IMG/VR virus record: IMGVR_UViG_3300043436_001089
Reading direction: 5' to 3' (one strand)
Source of the DNA: a virus
Lineage: Duplodnaviria; Heunggongvirae; Uroviricota; Caudoviricetes
Length of the DNA: 64,000 nt
The notes under the pieces were generated by a model, which worked only from the letters and a program-made list of their open reading frames with translations, ran no database searches and was not told the DNA's origin. Below, piece after piece: positions 26,988 through 36,507 of the stretch (position 1 is its first letter; each line of letters starts with the position of its first letter). The translations under genes and the position numbers were made by a program.

Positions 26988-27620
26988 TTAAACTGTAATC
27001 TGTATTATAGTCCCAAAGTGGTTTATTGTCAAGTCTTTTGTTCCGTTGTTTTCTGCTATGATTGCATCCATCCAAGGCTTCATTTTCTCTTTTACTGCGT
27101 TCCATTTTTCTAAGAACTCATCCTTAATACCAGTGGTATCTTTACTGGTTATTTCGCCTATTTGATTTAATACTGATTCAGGGTCAGTTATTAATTTTTC
27201 TAATTCAATATTATATCTTTCAACCTTAGGATTTTCGATTATCTTTTCAATTTCTTCATATAATCCATTCAATGGAGCATATTTACCGATATGACCATAG
27301 CTGTGTATTACATGTTTAGCCCAAGTTTCAGGAGTAATTTCTAATGGACTAGTAATAATGTCTGGTCCAATCCAATGCTCTTCCCAAGCTTCATATATAG
27401 AAGTGTTTCCTTCGTTATATGTTTTTAGTATATTTTCTAGGAAATGATTAGTCATTACCCAAGCAAATGTACCATGTTGATAAGATATAATAACCGCGGT
27501 TTCATCATCTTCTAATTGTCTATAGTTGTTGTATTCACTAACTAATTCCAATTGAGTAAAGATATCTGAAATGAATGGGCCACTTGCTCCGTTGATTGAG
27601 ATTATAGAATATTTCTGCAT
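26988..27620 (-). CDS. Hypothetical protein
   Basis: 210-aa ORF. Confidence 0.5.
   Translation of the reverse strand: MQKYSIISINGASGPFISDIFTQLELVSEYNNYRQLEDDETAVIISYQHGTFAWVMTNHFLENILKTYNEGNTSIYEAWEEHWIGPDIITSPLEITPETWAKHVIHSYGHIGKYAPLNGLYEEIEKIIENPKVERYNIELEKLITDPESVLNQIGEITSKDTTGIKDEFLEKWNAVKEKMKPWMDAIIAENNGTKDLTINHFGTIIQITV
27004..27032 (-). promoter_or_regulatory. Sigma70-consensus promoter copy g
   Basis: attata at 27004-27009, a 17-nt spacer, tgtcaa at 27027-27032. Confidence 0.6.
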
Positions 27621-27646
27621 CTGATATTTATCATAATATCAGCTAT

Positions 27647-27672
27647 TAAAAAAGCCCCTTTTGGGGCTTTTT
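27647..27672. terminator. Bidirectional intrinsic terminator (AAAAAAGCCCC-tttt-GGGGCTTTTT)
   Basis: GC-rich 6-bp stem with a tttt loop, flanked by an A6 run and a T5 run. Confidence 0.65.
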
Positions 27673-27678
27673 ATCTTA

Positions 27679-27951
27679 TTACTTTTTAGACTGTGTGCTT
27701 TGATTAACAAAGCCGTACATCTTTTCAGCAGTTTCAAGGATCTTGTCTAGTCCCGGGAACTCGGGCATTTTAACAGTAGATACAATTTGGTTAGTCTTTG
27801 GGTCACGCTCGGCACTCATTTCCCAACCATGAAATTTCATGCTGTATTCATTCTGAACCATATCTTTAGCCATAGCTAAGATATCAGTGCGTAGCTCATA
27901 GCCATTTTTGTTAAATTTAACTTCTGGCATTTTTGGTGTAAAGTCTGTCAT
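27679..27951 (-). CDS. Hypothetical protein
   Basis: 90-aa ORF followed by the terminator. Confidence 0.45.
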   Translation of the reverse strand: MTDFTPKMPEVKFNKNGYELRTDILAMAKDMVQNEYSMKFHGWEMSAERDPKTNQIVSTVKMPEFPGLDKILETAEKMYGFVNQSTQSKK

Positions 27952-28160
27952 TTTATTTCCTTAAAAAGTGTATGTGTGTTTATTTTATTTTGTTTTGACT
28001 GGTGTGTCAATGGGTTTCGGTAACTTACCATGATTAACCCACTCCCAATCTTCATCGGTCATTGGTTGCCATTGATTCATTTTAGTTTACTCGCTTTGTA
28101 TTTTTTAAAAGATTGAATGGCTTCAAGTATATTCCATAAGAATTGTTTAATTTTGTTCAT

Positions 28161-28322
28161 AGAAATCTCCAATCTGATTGTTTGCGATGGAACTCGTAAG
28201 TCAATCTCTCCACATCACCTGCATCTTGTGGATTTTGTCCTACAATGTATTTTTCTAGTTCTGTCCCGTAGGTGTCTGTAGAGAAACCTAGGAACGCTAT
28301 TAGCATTCCTAAAAGTTTCATG
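28161..28322 (-). CDS. Small hypothetical protein with N-terminal hydrophobic segment (54 aa)
   Basis: MKLLGMLIAFLGFSTDTYG... was read manually. Confidence 0.2.
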
Positions 28323-28323
28323 A

Positions 28324-28593
28324 TTACTTAGCCTTCTTTTGATTGAAAGCTGGAACCATTGCTTTGTACTGGTCAGCTAATTGTGTATAGAAATCTTTGC
28401 TTGTGAAAATCATACCCAAAGCCATCATTGATTGCATTCCTGCATCTGCGGCTGATTTAGTATATTTTGCTTGTGCATCAACGAATGAATTCATTGCATT
28501 TTTGATGCCTTCGTGTTGAACTGTTTGTTCTACGAATTTCTTTTTGAAGTCTGAAACGCCGTCGATGAAGGCGTAAGTTGCTGTGTTAAACAT
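28324..28593 (-). CDS. Hypothetical protein
   Basis: 89-aa ORF. Confidence 0.45.
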   Translation of the reverse strand: MFNTATYAFIDGVSDFKKKFVEQTVQHEGIKNAMNSFVDAQAKYTKSAADAGMQSMMALGMIFTSKDFYTQLADQYKAMVPAFNQKKAK

Positions 28594-28847
28594 GTTTATC
28601 TCCTATGTGTGTGTTTAAGTGTTGAGTTTTTAAGTAGAACTCTAACTACTTTATTTATGCCTTATTATAGCACGTTTCACGATATTTTTGTAGAGCTTTC
28701 TCTCTAATCTCAGCCAGTCGTTTAGTGATATGATCGGGTAATTCTGTATCATCATCCCAAAGATTCTTTGCTTTGATTAGCTTAGGTCTACCATAACTAC
28801 GATGAAGGTCAAACTCTTCACCGTAGTCATCATCGTTATAGTCTACT

Positions 28848-29132
28848 TCACTTAGCGGCTGGCTTTGCGTCTGCTTTTGGAGCAGGTGCTGTTGCAGCCT
28901 TTTTGTCCTGGACAGGGGCAGGGCTTTTAGTGGCGTCAGCTTTGGGAGCAGCCTTGTCTTCTTTCTTCTTAGCCAATTTCATTTCAGTCTTTGGAGCTTC
29001 TGCTTTAGCAGGTGCCGCCGCTGGTGCAGATGCTACTGGAGCAGGAGTTGCTGCCACTGGAGTCTTCGCAGGTTGTGCGAAAGCAGTAGCGATACCAAAA
29101 CTAGCGATAAGAGCGATAGCGATGTTTTTCAT
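28848..29132 (-). CDS. Secreted Ala/Pro/Lys-rich low-complexity protein
   Basis: Signal peptide MKNIAIALIASFGIATAFA followed by QP... and then APAKAEAPK / APKADAKPAAK repeats. Confidence 0.5.
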   Translation of the reverse strand: MKNIAIALIASFGIATAFAQPAKTPVAATPAPVASAPAAAPAKAEAPKTEMKLAKKKEDKAAPKADATKSPAPVQDKKAATAPAPKADAKPAAK

Positions 29133-29219
29133 GTTGAGTTTCCTTTAAGTTTATGAAATCGTAGATTTTTGTGTCTACATATATATAACGCGGTAGCTTA
29201 GTAAACCGTTGACAAGTTT

Positions 29220-29390
29220 TTAACCACCACGCCCAGTTTTTCTAACTGGTGCGCCACCAAACCCTTTGCTTGGTTTTGGTGCTTTAGCTTTTTGTATCAA
29301 TGCCGCTTTTTCTGGAGTTATTTTTGTAGCTCGTTCTTTTGCTTCACGTGCCATATTGATGAATGGATTTGGGCTTTTCTTTTCTGTCAT
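29220..29390 (-). CDS. Small basic protein (56 aa, below track cutoff)
   Basis: MTEKKSPNPFINMAREAKERATKITPEKAALIQKAKAPKPSKGFGGAPVRKTGRGG was read manually. Confidence 0.3.
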   Translation of the reverse strand: MTEKKSPNPFINMAREAKERATKITPEKAALIQKAKAPKPSKGFGGAPVRKTGRGG

Positions 29391-29791
29391 TTTCGTACCT
29401 TTATTGAATCTAAGTAGTCGTTGAGATTACCATACAACTCTACCATCATAGCAATTTTGCTATCGTAAAATCTTATGTATGTTTGCTTGGACTTACTATC
29501 TTTATTTACGCCTAAGTAATAGGGGCACTTGATTTTTTTGTTAAGTTCAAGTAAGTATGCATGGTGGCTTGTGCCCTCACGTAATTTAAAATCAGCTTGG
29601 TAGTATTCTATTTCAGCCAATCTAAAATTCATATCCCCCCACTCAGTGAGTCGTAGCCCATCTTGTCTTCCGCTAGCCCACCATTTAGTGAGTATTGAAT
29701 CTGAAATCAGATTGCGGTCTTGTGCGACGGCAGGCAGTTGCCCTTGCACTGCCTCAGTAATAATTTCTTTTAGTGATTTTTTATTACTCAT
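29387..29791 (-). CDS. Hypothetical protein
   Basis: 134-aa ORF. Confidence 0.45.
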   Translation of the reverse strand: MSNKKSLKEIITEAVQGQLPAVAQDRNLISDSILTKWWASGRQDGLRLTEWGDMNFRLAEIEYYQADFKLREGTSHHAYLLELNKKIKCPYYLGVNKDSKSKQTYIRFYDSKIAMMVELYGNLNDYLDSIKVRK

Positions 29792-30077
29792 CCGGGTAGA
29801 CTACTCTACCCGAGTTCATAAAGACAACTGTAAACTTATCTGTTTTAAATTGTAGATTCAGTTTTCTACATAAGTTACGTGCATGACCGGGATTACTAAA
29901 ACTGGTCTTTTTGTACTTGGGAGTAGCTTCATTGTCTAGGTAATGTTGTGACTTGAGATTGATAGGTTGACCGTCATAAAACACGGCCCAAATACCAGAT
30001 GCTTCAACGATCTGGTCGCATTTGTAAGTCACTTTGTCTACTAGTTCAAGTAAGACTTTGGGTTGTGTTCTGCTCAT
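29784..30077 (-). CDS. Hypothetical protein
   Basis: 97-aa ORF. Confidence 0.4.
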   Translation of the reverse strand: MSRTQPKVLLELVDKVTYKCDQIVEASGIWAVFYDGQPINLKSQHYLDNEATPKYKKTSFSNPGHARNLCRKLNLQFKTDKFTVVFMNSGRVVYPDE

Positions 30078-30281
30078 TTAAAATTTACCGCCAGTTACTT
30101 CTACTTGTATAACTTGCTCTGGCGCCTTGCTTTCTTGTTTCTTAGCTTCATAGTGGTCAACTAACAATGTTGCCAATTCGTCACGCAGTATTCTAGCCTC
30201 AGTTATAGGGATTACCACATCTTTACCGTGTCTTCCTTCAATGTAAGACACTTTCTCTATAAAACGTTTAATATTAATCAT
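30078..30281 (-). CDS. Hypothetical small protein
   Basis: 67-aa ORF. Confidence 0.35.
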   Translation of the reverse strand: MINIKRFIEKVSYIEGRHGKDVVIPITEARILRDELATLLVDHYEAKKQESKAPEQVIQVEVTGGKF

Positions 30282-30739
30282 AGACTATTTATCACGTTTT
30301 TAGCTTCATCTTCTGTTTTATATGGACCTAGATACTCATAACGCTGAATAAAAATATATTTAGGACAGAATTCAATTTGACTTTCAGTGCCCTGTTTCAA
30401 TACATACCATCCTGCGGCGTAGTAACATTTGCTCTTTGGTGTTGTAGTAAACAAATGCATCTTGCGTTTGATATCTAATATAGAGTTATATACCTTTTTT
30501 GTAGTAGGATAATCTGAGAAAGGTAGATCCTGTTTAGACTTCCCTGTATACTTCTCTGACGCAAATTCAATTTTGCCGTACTTTTTAATAGCGTTAGTAT
30601 TTTTATGCTGTGATTTGCTACCGTTTAGCTTTAGTTCAAATCCACTACCGTTCGCAATTACGTTACCTACTTTTTCACTACCGTCAGTTACAATCCAAAA
30701 CTGATCTTTGACTACAGGCTTTGCAATTAAATTAGACAT
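30278..30739 (-). CDS. Hypothetical protein
   Basis: 153-aa ORF. Confidence 0.45.
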   Translation of the reverse strand: MSNLIAKPVVKDQFWIVTDGSEKVGNVIANGSGFELKLNGSKSQHKNTNAIKKYGKIEFASEKYTGKSKQDLPFSDYPTTKKVYNSILDIKRKMHLFTTTPKSKCYYAAGWYVLKQGTESQIEFCPKYIFIQRYEYLGPYKTEDEAKNVINSL

Positions 30740-30746
30740 GTTCTTC

Positions 30747-31004
30747 CTATTTATATATTTTTATATCTTTGTGCTTAACGATTATAACAGTATAGATTTT
30801 ATCTTGATACTTAATCGGTAAATCTAAATGTATGCTTATGCGTGGGCCTTCGGTCTCGTTGATTAATGTATCATTACCAACTGTTCCCACGAATGGAATC
30901 TTATTCCACTTTCCAATAACACGATCACCGATATCATATTTTGACTGATATCGGTTTAGTTTAAAATATTCTGCTAAGTTCATAACCAAGCGTGGCATGA
31001 CCAC
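30747..31004 (-). CDS. Hypothetical small protein
   Basis: 85-aa ORF. Confidence 0.4.
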   Translation of the reverse strand: MVMPRLVMNLAEYFKLNRYQSKYDIGDRVIGKWNKIPFVGTVGNDTLINETEGPRISIHLDLPIKYQDKIYTVIIVKHKDIKIYK

Positions 31005-31300
31005 TTGTTGAGATACCGCATACTGCCGTTGAATGTGCCAAAATGTTTCGTATGGAAAACATCATATGCAGCCTGCCACTTTTTTGTAATTGGTTCGGGA
31101 CTGTGACAAGCAAGATAATGTAGGTTTCCAAACTGTCGAAAGATAGTCTTGTGATTTAGTTTGAAGCCTGCAGGATACCATTCAATACGACTTTGCCAGT
31201 TGTAGTTACCATGTAGTGCTCCGTACTTTCTTCGTTCACGCATGACGCTTTTAGTAGTCATGCTTGAGCTAGGTCGAAACTTGTTTGGGATTGTTTTCAT
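30980..31300 (-). CDS. Hypothetical protein
   Basis: 106-aa ORF. Confidence 0.4.
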   Translation of the reverse strand: MKTIPNKFRPSSSMTTKSVMRERRKYGALHGNYNWQSRIEWYPAGFKLNHKTIFRQFGNLHYLACHSPEPITKKWQAAYDVFHTKHFGTFNGSMRYLNKWSCHAWL

Positions 31301-31464
31301 CGCTTGTTCAACACATAATTAAGGTATGCGATACCCAAGTTAATAAATGCGCTACTATAATCTTCACGGGCTAATGCAGTAAGTCCAGTGATAGTACACA
31401 TGCCAATAACAAACCAAGTGATTTCGTTGCTGTATTTCGTATACCATTGTACAAATTTGTTCAT
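31300..31464 (-). CDS. Small membrane peptide (about 54 aa)
   Basis: MNKFVQWYTKYSNEITWFVIGMCTITGLTALA... was read manually. Its start makes an ATGA overlap with the upstream peptide gene. Confidence 0.25.
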
Positions 31465-31583
31465 TTTACATTTTCCCTAGCATTTTTATAAATCTTAGCC
31501 ACTATGTCCCATAATGGCTTGATAATAAAGATGCCCCAGAATACACCCGCAAGAAACATAGCGAATTCATTCAGGGACATCAT
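31462..31583 (-). CDS. Small membrane peptide (39 aa)
   Basis: MMSLNEFAMFLAGVFWGIFIIKPLW... Its start lies 2 nt after the stop of the SPFH gene. Confidence 0.25.
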
Positions 31584-31585
31584 AT

Positions 31586-32398
31586 TTATTTACCTACGTT
31601 TACGTTAGTACCAGCACCGATTACAAGTGTGTTACCTTTGAATGTTGCAATAGCCTTAGCAGTTTCAAGCGCCGCATCAGCTTGCTTCATACGTGCTTGA
31701 GCATCCATGTACTGAATAGCACCTGCGTTTTGTGCAAGAGCCGCAATACGTCGGGCTTCTGCTTCGGCAGTCTTAACTTCAACTTCTTTTTGCTTCAATT
31801 CGTTCTTACTACGAACCAACTCATTTGCACTTGCAACAATAACGTCAGAAGGGACTACGCTACGCACCATAACTTGACTAATGCCAATGCTGCCGTCTAG
31901 TTTTTCCTCAGTAAGGTTTCGAGTAATTTCCTCCTTAATGAAGATTTCCATTTCATTACGATTGTCTGCCATGTCCAGTGCTTCATACTTACGTGCGGCT
32001 TTGTAAATTGCATTACGAGCATTCTGTACAATGTAATTATACATCACGTAAGTATCGCCCTTGAAATCAGCATGGAAACTTTTGTTCTTAGCATTATACA
32101 GTTCAGCAACCTGACTTTGATTGACGTTATAAACAATAACAGCGTCCAAGTCTTTCATTGTTGAGTTGTCTTTAGCAACAGGAGTCATGTTTTCAATGAC
32201 CACGTTAACGTCTTTGATAGGGAACGTCATAACCTCACCGATGATGGTTTGATTCCATGAACCGGGCAACAGTTCAGTGGTACTAACCTGCTTGTTAATG
32301 TCACGGCGAAGACCAACCTCACCAGTCTCAATACGAGTACATGCAGAAGTAAGAGCAACTGCGGCGAGAACAAAACCAATTTTAATAGAGCGCATCAT
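31586..32398 (-). CDS. SPFH/band-7 (prohibitin/HflC-like) domain protein, probable lipoprotein
   Basis: N-terminal signal with Cys (ALTSAC). The SPFH core is followed by an Ala/Glu-rich coiled-coil (EVEVKTAEAEARRIAALAQNAG). Confidence 0.7.
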   Translation of the reverse strand: MMRSIKIGFVLAAVALTSACTRIETGEVGLRRDINKQVSTTELLPGSWNQTIIGEVMTFPIKDVNVVIENMTPVAKDNSTMKDLDAVIVYNVNQSQVAELYNAKNKSFHADFKGDTYVMYNYIVQNARNAIYKAARKYEALDMADNRNEMEIFIKEEITRNLTEEKLDGSIGISQVMVRSVVPSDVIVASANELVRSKNELKQKEVEVKTAEAEARRIAALAQNAGAIQYMDAQARMKQADAALETAKAIATFKGNTLVIGAGTNVNVGK

Positions 32399-32495
32399 TT
32401 TAGAGAATACCTTTTACAAAAAGAAAGAAACAAAACATGAAACCAAGAATGAAATACATTGGTCTCAACAGAAAGTCAGGAAACATTTTTAGTCC

Positions 32496-32672
32496 TTAAA
32501 AAAGAATTACTAACCCAATTAGTACTGAAATTGTCAGCACAGAACACAGTATACTATACCCTACAATTTTTGTCAAGGCTAATGCCTCTTTTCCTGTCAT
32601 CTTTTGGGCAAATTTAATTGCTCCAAAAAATAGAACAAAAAGTACTACAAATGCTAAAATTACTTTACTCAT
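32496..32672 (-). CDS. Small two-TM membrane peptide (58 aa)
   Basis: MSKVILAFVVLFVLFFGAIKFA...ILCSVLTISVLIGLVILF was read manually. Confidence 0.3.
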   Translation of the reverse strand: MSKVILAFVVLFVLFFGAIKFAQKMTGKEALALTKIVGYSILCSVLTISVLIGLVILF

Positions 32673-33126
32673 GTTTATTTTCCTTTGTTAATTCGCATAC
32701 CAACATAAAATGTTCGTATGCACTTTTTACTGACGGGTTCGTCATTAGCTTGTCAGCCTCTTCCTGCATAGCCTTTACTCCTGCTTCAGCACAGTCACGC
32801 ACACTAAGACCGTATAAAGTACATAGTTCATCACCCATTTCTTTGGCTAACTTTTTCCATGCTTTTTGTTGTGCTTCTGTAATAGGAGTACTCTTTGGTC
32901 TTAGTTCTGCGGCTTTGCTGATTGATTTACAGATAGCATCTTCGGCAACACGACCTGCGGCAATCATGGGTGCATACGCCGGATCAATGTTAAACCTACG
33001 TGAGGTTCCACCGGGGTAACACATAACAAGGTGATTACCTTTAGCAAAACTATCTAGTAGATTATTGTCATACTCAGCAACAGGAACATACCTGCGTCCA
33101 ACTTTTTCGTAGTAGATTTTTTTCAT
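32665..33126 (-). CDS. Hypothetical protein
   Basis: 153-aa ORF. Confidence 0.45.
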   Translation of the reverse strand: MKKIYYEKVGRRYVPVAEYDNNLLDSFAKGNHLVMCYPGGTSRRFNIDPAYAPMIAAGRVAEDAICKSISKAAELRPKSTPITEAQQKAWKKLAKEMGDELCTLYGLSVRDCAEAGVKAMQEEADKLMTNPSVKSAYEHFMLVCELTKENKHE

Positions 33127-33353
33127 AGTTGAAACTTTTTCAAATAGTTTTTAGCAATTGATAAATCTTCTTCATCCAACGGAACCAGTTCTTCATACGT
33201 TTCTTGCATACGTACCAATTCTTCCCGATATGCTTTGATGATCCACATAGCATATTCTTGATCCTCGGGATCCATGCTATGCCACCAGATTTCTAGTTCT
33301 TCTTGGCTTCTATTAAGAATGTACAGGATATTATTCATGTCTTTATCATTCAT
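33123..33353 (-). CDS. Hypothetical small acidic protein
   Basis: 76-aa ORF. Confidence 0.4.
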   Translation of the reverse strand: MNDKDMNNILYILNRSQEELEIWWHSMDPEDQEYAMWIIKAYREELVRMQETYEELVPLDEEDLSIAKNYLKKFQL

Positions 33354-33354
33354 A

Positions 33355-33600
33355 TTAATCTCCTAATACTTCCCAAAATAGTTCTTTAGTCTTGATGTAT
33401 GCTACTGGTTTTACCCAGCCTCTGTCAATGCAATCGGCTAGAATTTGTTGATAGTTATATGGACAACTTTTAGAAATTTCAATTCCAGCACGTGGTACCA
33501 TCTTGATGCCATCAATCATATAAAAGTGTGAATCGTCCCGCTTAATCTCTTTGATACGATTTTCTGGAGTAGTGAATGTCATTTCTTCAATTCTTCCCAC
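33355..33600 (-). CDS. Hypothetical small protein
   Basis: 81-aa ORF. Confidence 0.4.
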   Translation of the reverse strand: MGRIEEMTFTTPENRIKEIKRDDSHFYMIDGIKMVPRAGIEISKSCPYNYQQILADCIDRGWVKPVAYIKTKELFWEVLGD

Positions 33601-33815
33601 ATTAGTTCTTTAGCACGTTTGTCAAGTTTCTCATGTTCGTTTTTCAGAATCAGTGGAGCCATTTGGTCGATGTATCTTAATAGAGCCTCATGTCCACCTT
33701 CACGGAAATGATTGTATTCGCCCTTCGTACTTACTCTAGATTCGTAATAAAGTTTGTCATCCTTGAGTACCGCAACAATACCCAAGTACAATTGCTTCTC
33801 AATTAAATCATTCAT
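33579..33815 (-). CDS. Hypothetical protein (start trimmed to MNDLIEKQ to avoid a 90-nt overlap with the RNase H gene)
   Basis: The track ORF 33579-33899 overlaps the 33808 stop. The internal Met gives an 8-nt overlap. Confidence 0.3.
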   Translation of the reverse strand: MNDLIEKQLYLGIVAVLKDDKLYYESRVSTKGEYNHFREGGHEALLRYIDQMAPLILKNEHEKLDKRAKELMWEELKK

Positions 33816-34806
33816 GTACGTGCCCTTGATACGGTGTATTAAGCCATGCAGTATAAGAGTCAGCTTGTTGAGAGATTTTCGTAAGTTCATATTTGCCACA
33901 AAATTTCATCAGATGAATGCCCACTTGAGGAGTTACATTTACACGGACAGATTCTTTGATACGAGTGTCACAAGCTTCTTTAATATTTTCGGGTTGTGCT
34001 TTCAAGTCGATCAACATTTTATTACGCTGATAGCAGTCACGAACACATTGTTCTTCACCATTATGATCTACCCACTTTTGCAACATGAAGTTATTCCAAT
34101 TGAAACCTTGTTTGTCACGGTCCTCAAATGCTTCACGAATACCTACTCGATTCTTACTACCTTTTTCGGGTGCTCGGGGATATGCTGTGAAAACGTTGTC
34201 GCCCGCATCACCTCTGACAATTTTCTTAAACAATAAGTATTCAGGATCCTCAAGCAACTTAGGATTCTTTTCTTTGTCTAGTACTGGCTTACCATTTTCT
34301 TTGAAGTAGCCGTTGAGGGTGATAAGCTCTCCTGCGACACCATTGTACTGGTGCACCGTGTCGCTGATAAGTTGAACATAATCAGTATCAGTAGAAATAA
34401 TGTAGTGCGTGTCATTTGGATGCAAGTGAATGAATCGGGCAATCAAGTCGTCAGCTTCTGCTGTTTCGTGACGTAAAACGCTAACGTTAGTTTTCTCTTT
34501 AAGAAACGTAGTGAACTTTTCATACGTATCCCAAAACATTTCTGATTCTTCTTTCTCAGCCTCAGTTACTGACATAGCATCAACAATACGATTCTTTTTG
34601 TAAGGACCGTATACATCTTTGCGCCAGCTTCTACCCTCCAAGCAAAATACAACGTGGTCAATTCCATAGCGTCGGACAGCTTGATTGACTGATGCAAGAG
34701 TTAGATGAAGGGCCATGCCGATTTTTTCCCACGTATCTGCATTACGTGATGCAACGTGTCGGGCACGGAAGAATGTGTTAGCTGTGTCAATGAGTGCGTA
34801 TTTCAT
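33808..34806 (-). CDS. 5'-3' exonuclease / flap endonuclease (T4 RNase H-like)
   Basis: 332 aa with an N-terminal PIN-like acidic cluster (LIDTAN..., EADDLIA, STDTDY) and a helix-3-turn-helix arch typical of the FEN/T4 RNase H family. Confidence 0.75.
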   Translation of the reverse strand: MKYALIDTANTFFRARHVASRNADTWEKIGMALHLTLASVNQAVRRYGIDHVVFCLEGRSWRKDVYGPYKKNRIVDAMSVTEAEKEESEMFWDTYEKFTTFLKEKTNVSVLRHETAEADDLIARFIHLHPNDTHYIISTDTDYVQLISDTVHQYNGVAGELITLNGYFKENGKPVLDKEKNPKLLEDPEYLLFKKIVRGDAGDNVFTAYPRAPEKGSKNRVGIREAFEDRDKQGFNWNNFMLQKWVDHNGEEQCVRDCYQRNKMLIDLKAQPENIKEACDTRIKESVRVNVTPQVGIHLMKFCGKYELTKISQQADSYTAWLNTPYQGHVHE

Positions 34807-34837
34807 GATGAAAGTATACTACTATTCTGAATTATTG

Positions 34838-35278
34838 TCAAGAAATATTTTCCAAAAACATATCGGGACTATCCTTTAAGTTTTTGAAAACTTTGCTTGG
34901 ACTGAATGGTAAGTGTTCCTTTTTGACTTTATAAATTTCTGGATAAACTGCTTTGCAACGGGCATCAACAAATTTAACAATGTCTTTGCCCGTAACTTTT
35001 TCTTTTGGATCAAACCATTCTAGTTTTTCGTCAAACAATACTAACAGTTTGTCTTTCCATTGATTTTTCAAATGACGCTCAAGTGCAACGATTTGACTGT
35101 ACTTACCATAATACATGTGACAGAAAACTTGTTTCTCTGCACTAGGATTACAGTAACCCTTACGCAAACGTGATTCGGCATTCAGTGTGATACCGAAACC
35201 CCACTTACCATTGTGCGCAAGTTGAATGATATAGAACCATCCACACTTGCTATGTAACTTAAATTCAGATTGTTGCAT
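34838..35278 (-). CDS. Putative GIY-YIG family nuclease domain protein
   Basis: GWFYIIQ...GKWGFGIT resembles the GIY-(x10)-YIG core. Weak evidence. Confidence 0.35.
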   Translation of the reverse strand: MQQSEFKLHSKCGWFYIIQLAHNGKWGFGITLNAESRLRKGYCNPSAEKQVFCHMYYGKYSQIVALERHLKNQWKDKLLVLFDEKLEWFDPKEKVTGKDIVKFVDARCKAVYPEIYKVKKEHLPFSPSKVFKNLKDSPDMFLENIS

Positions 35279-36473
35279 TTTTCACTGTCTCCAAAATTTC
35301 ATCATCAAGTTCATTGAAGATATCGCAACCGTTTTGCATAAAATCGTTAACGTCACCGGTCAAGTAGTAATCACCACCGACACGTTGATAAATTTTCAAT
35401 ACAACAGCGAGAGCCGCATTGTGCGGGCAAGACGGTACATTCTTCAATGAAGGATGTGCTTTGCGAAAGTACTTAGTATAAGCACGTTCAGTTGATGTTC
35501 GCAGTCCGGCCAGGTCAGTGAAACATTCAAAAATGACAGAATTAAACTCATTCAGAAATTTCTTCCACTTTGTACCAGTTACTGGGAAATTGTTGTTTAG
35601 CATGTGTTCATACAAGTTGCCATACAAACCCCAGGTGGCCGCATCAACAAGAGTACCGTGCCAATATGTCTTGTGTGTTTGCAGAATGAATTCGAGTGTG
35701 ACCAAATTCCAATCATAGATCACATCAGACCGAGGAAGTGTACCTGCTTTACCAAAGTCTGGATGACCTTTAGGCAATGGGATAGCTTCGTATTTTTCGC
35801 AAAGTGTTTGACGAGCCTCAGCGTCAGTGTATTCTTTGCTTTGTGTTGGGTTATTGAATTTACGAACATCCGCAACTTTGATTTTGTGGTGGTCATATGG
35901 TTCCCATTTCTTTTGACCTTTGCCATTGCGATGCAATGCGGCTTCGGGTGTAAAGCTAGGGTGAGGTTCGTCTACCACGAATGCAGGGAACTTGAAGTTC
36001 AACCAATCTTTTGGATCATTGTCCCATAGCCCGTGCTTTGCTAGAAGACCAACAACAGCCAATCCGTGTTGAGTGTCAAAACATGACAATGTGCCATCTT
36101 TTTGTTTTGTCGCAAAGACAGGTGACAGTAAACGAGGGTCTAGATTTTTAAGAATGTCAGTGTGACAGTGACCCACATCCAAAAGACGTTGTGTAATTTC
36201 ATTGAACGTGTTTAAGCCAATGGGCGCTTGAATAAGTTTACCGATTTGATTCTTGTCGAATGTCTTTTTGTTTGCTTTGAGTGTGTTGATATACTCAATA
36301 GTTCCTGGGTTTTGTTCAAGCAACCCTACAGTGTCCTCCAAAGTCAAAACTTTTGGATTCGCAAGTTTCTTTGGGTCAAGTGGGTTGCGAATCTTACTAA
36401 TATCAATCTTCTGACCTTTCGGTACCTTTTTAAAAGGAAAGACGTAAGTTGTATCATGTGAAGATTTAGCCAT
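35265..36473 (-). CDS. Hypothetical 402-aa protein (downstream of promoter copy h)
   Basis: The start is trimmed to MAKSSHD (ATG 36473) with Shine-Dalgarno AAGGAG. The track ORF start would include the promoter. Confidence 0.5.
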   Translation of the reverse strand: MAKSSHDTTYVFPFKKVPKGQKIDISKIRNPLDPKKLANPKVLTLEDTVGLLEQNPGTIEYINTLKANKKTFDKNQIGKLIQAPIGLNTFNEITQRLLDVGHCHTDILKNLDPRLLSPVFATKQKDGTLSCFDTQHGLAVVGLLAKHGLWDNDPKDWLNFKFPAFVVDEPHPSFTPEAALHRNGKGQKKWEPYDHHKIKVADVRKFNNPTQSKEYTDAEARQTLCEKYEAIPLPKGHPDFGKAGTLPRSDVIYDWNLVTLEFILQTHKTYWHGTLVDAATWGLYGNLYEHMLNNNFPVTGTKWKKFLNEFNSVIFECFTDLAGLRTSTERAYTKYFRKAHPSLKNVPSCPHNAALAVVLKIYQRVGGDYYLTGDVNDFMQNGCDIFNELDDEILETVKNATI

Positions 36474-36507
36474 TAAAAAACTCCTTTGAGTGTTAAACAA
36501 TACTTGT

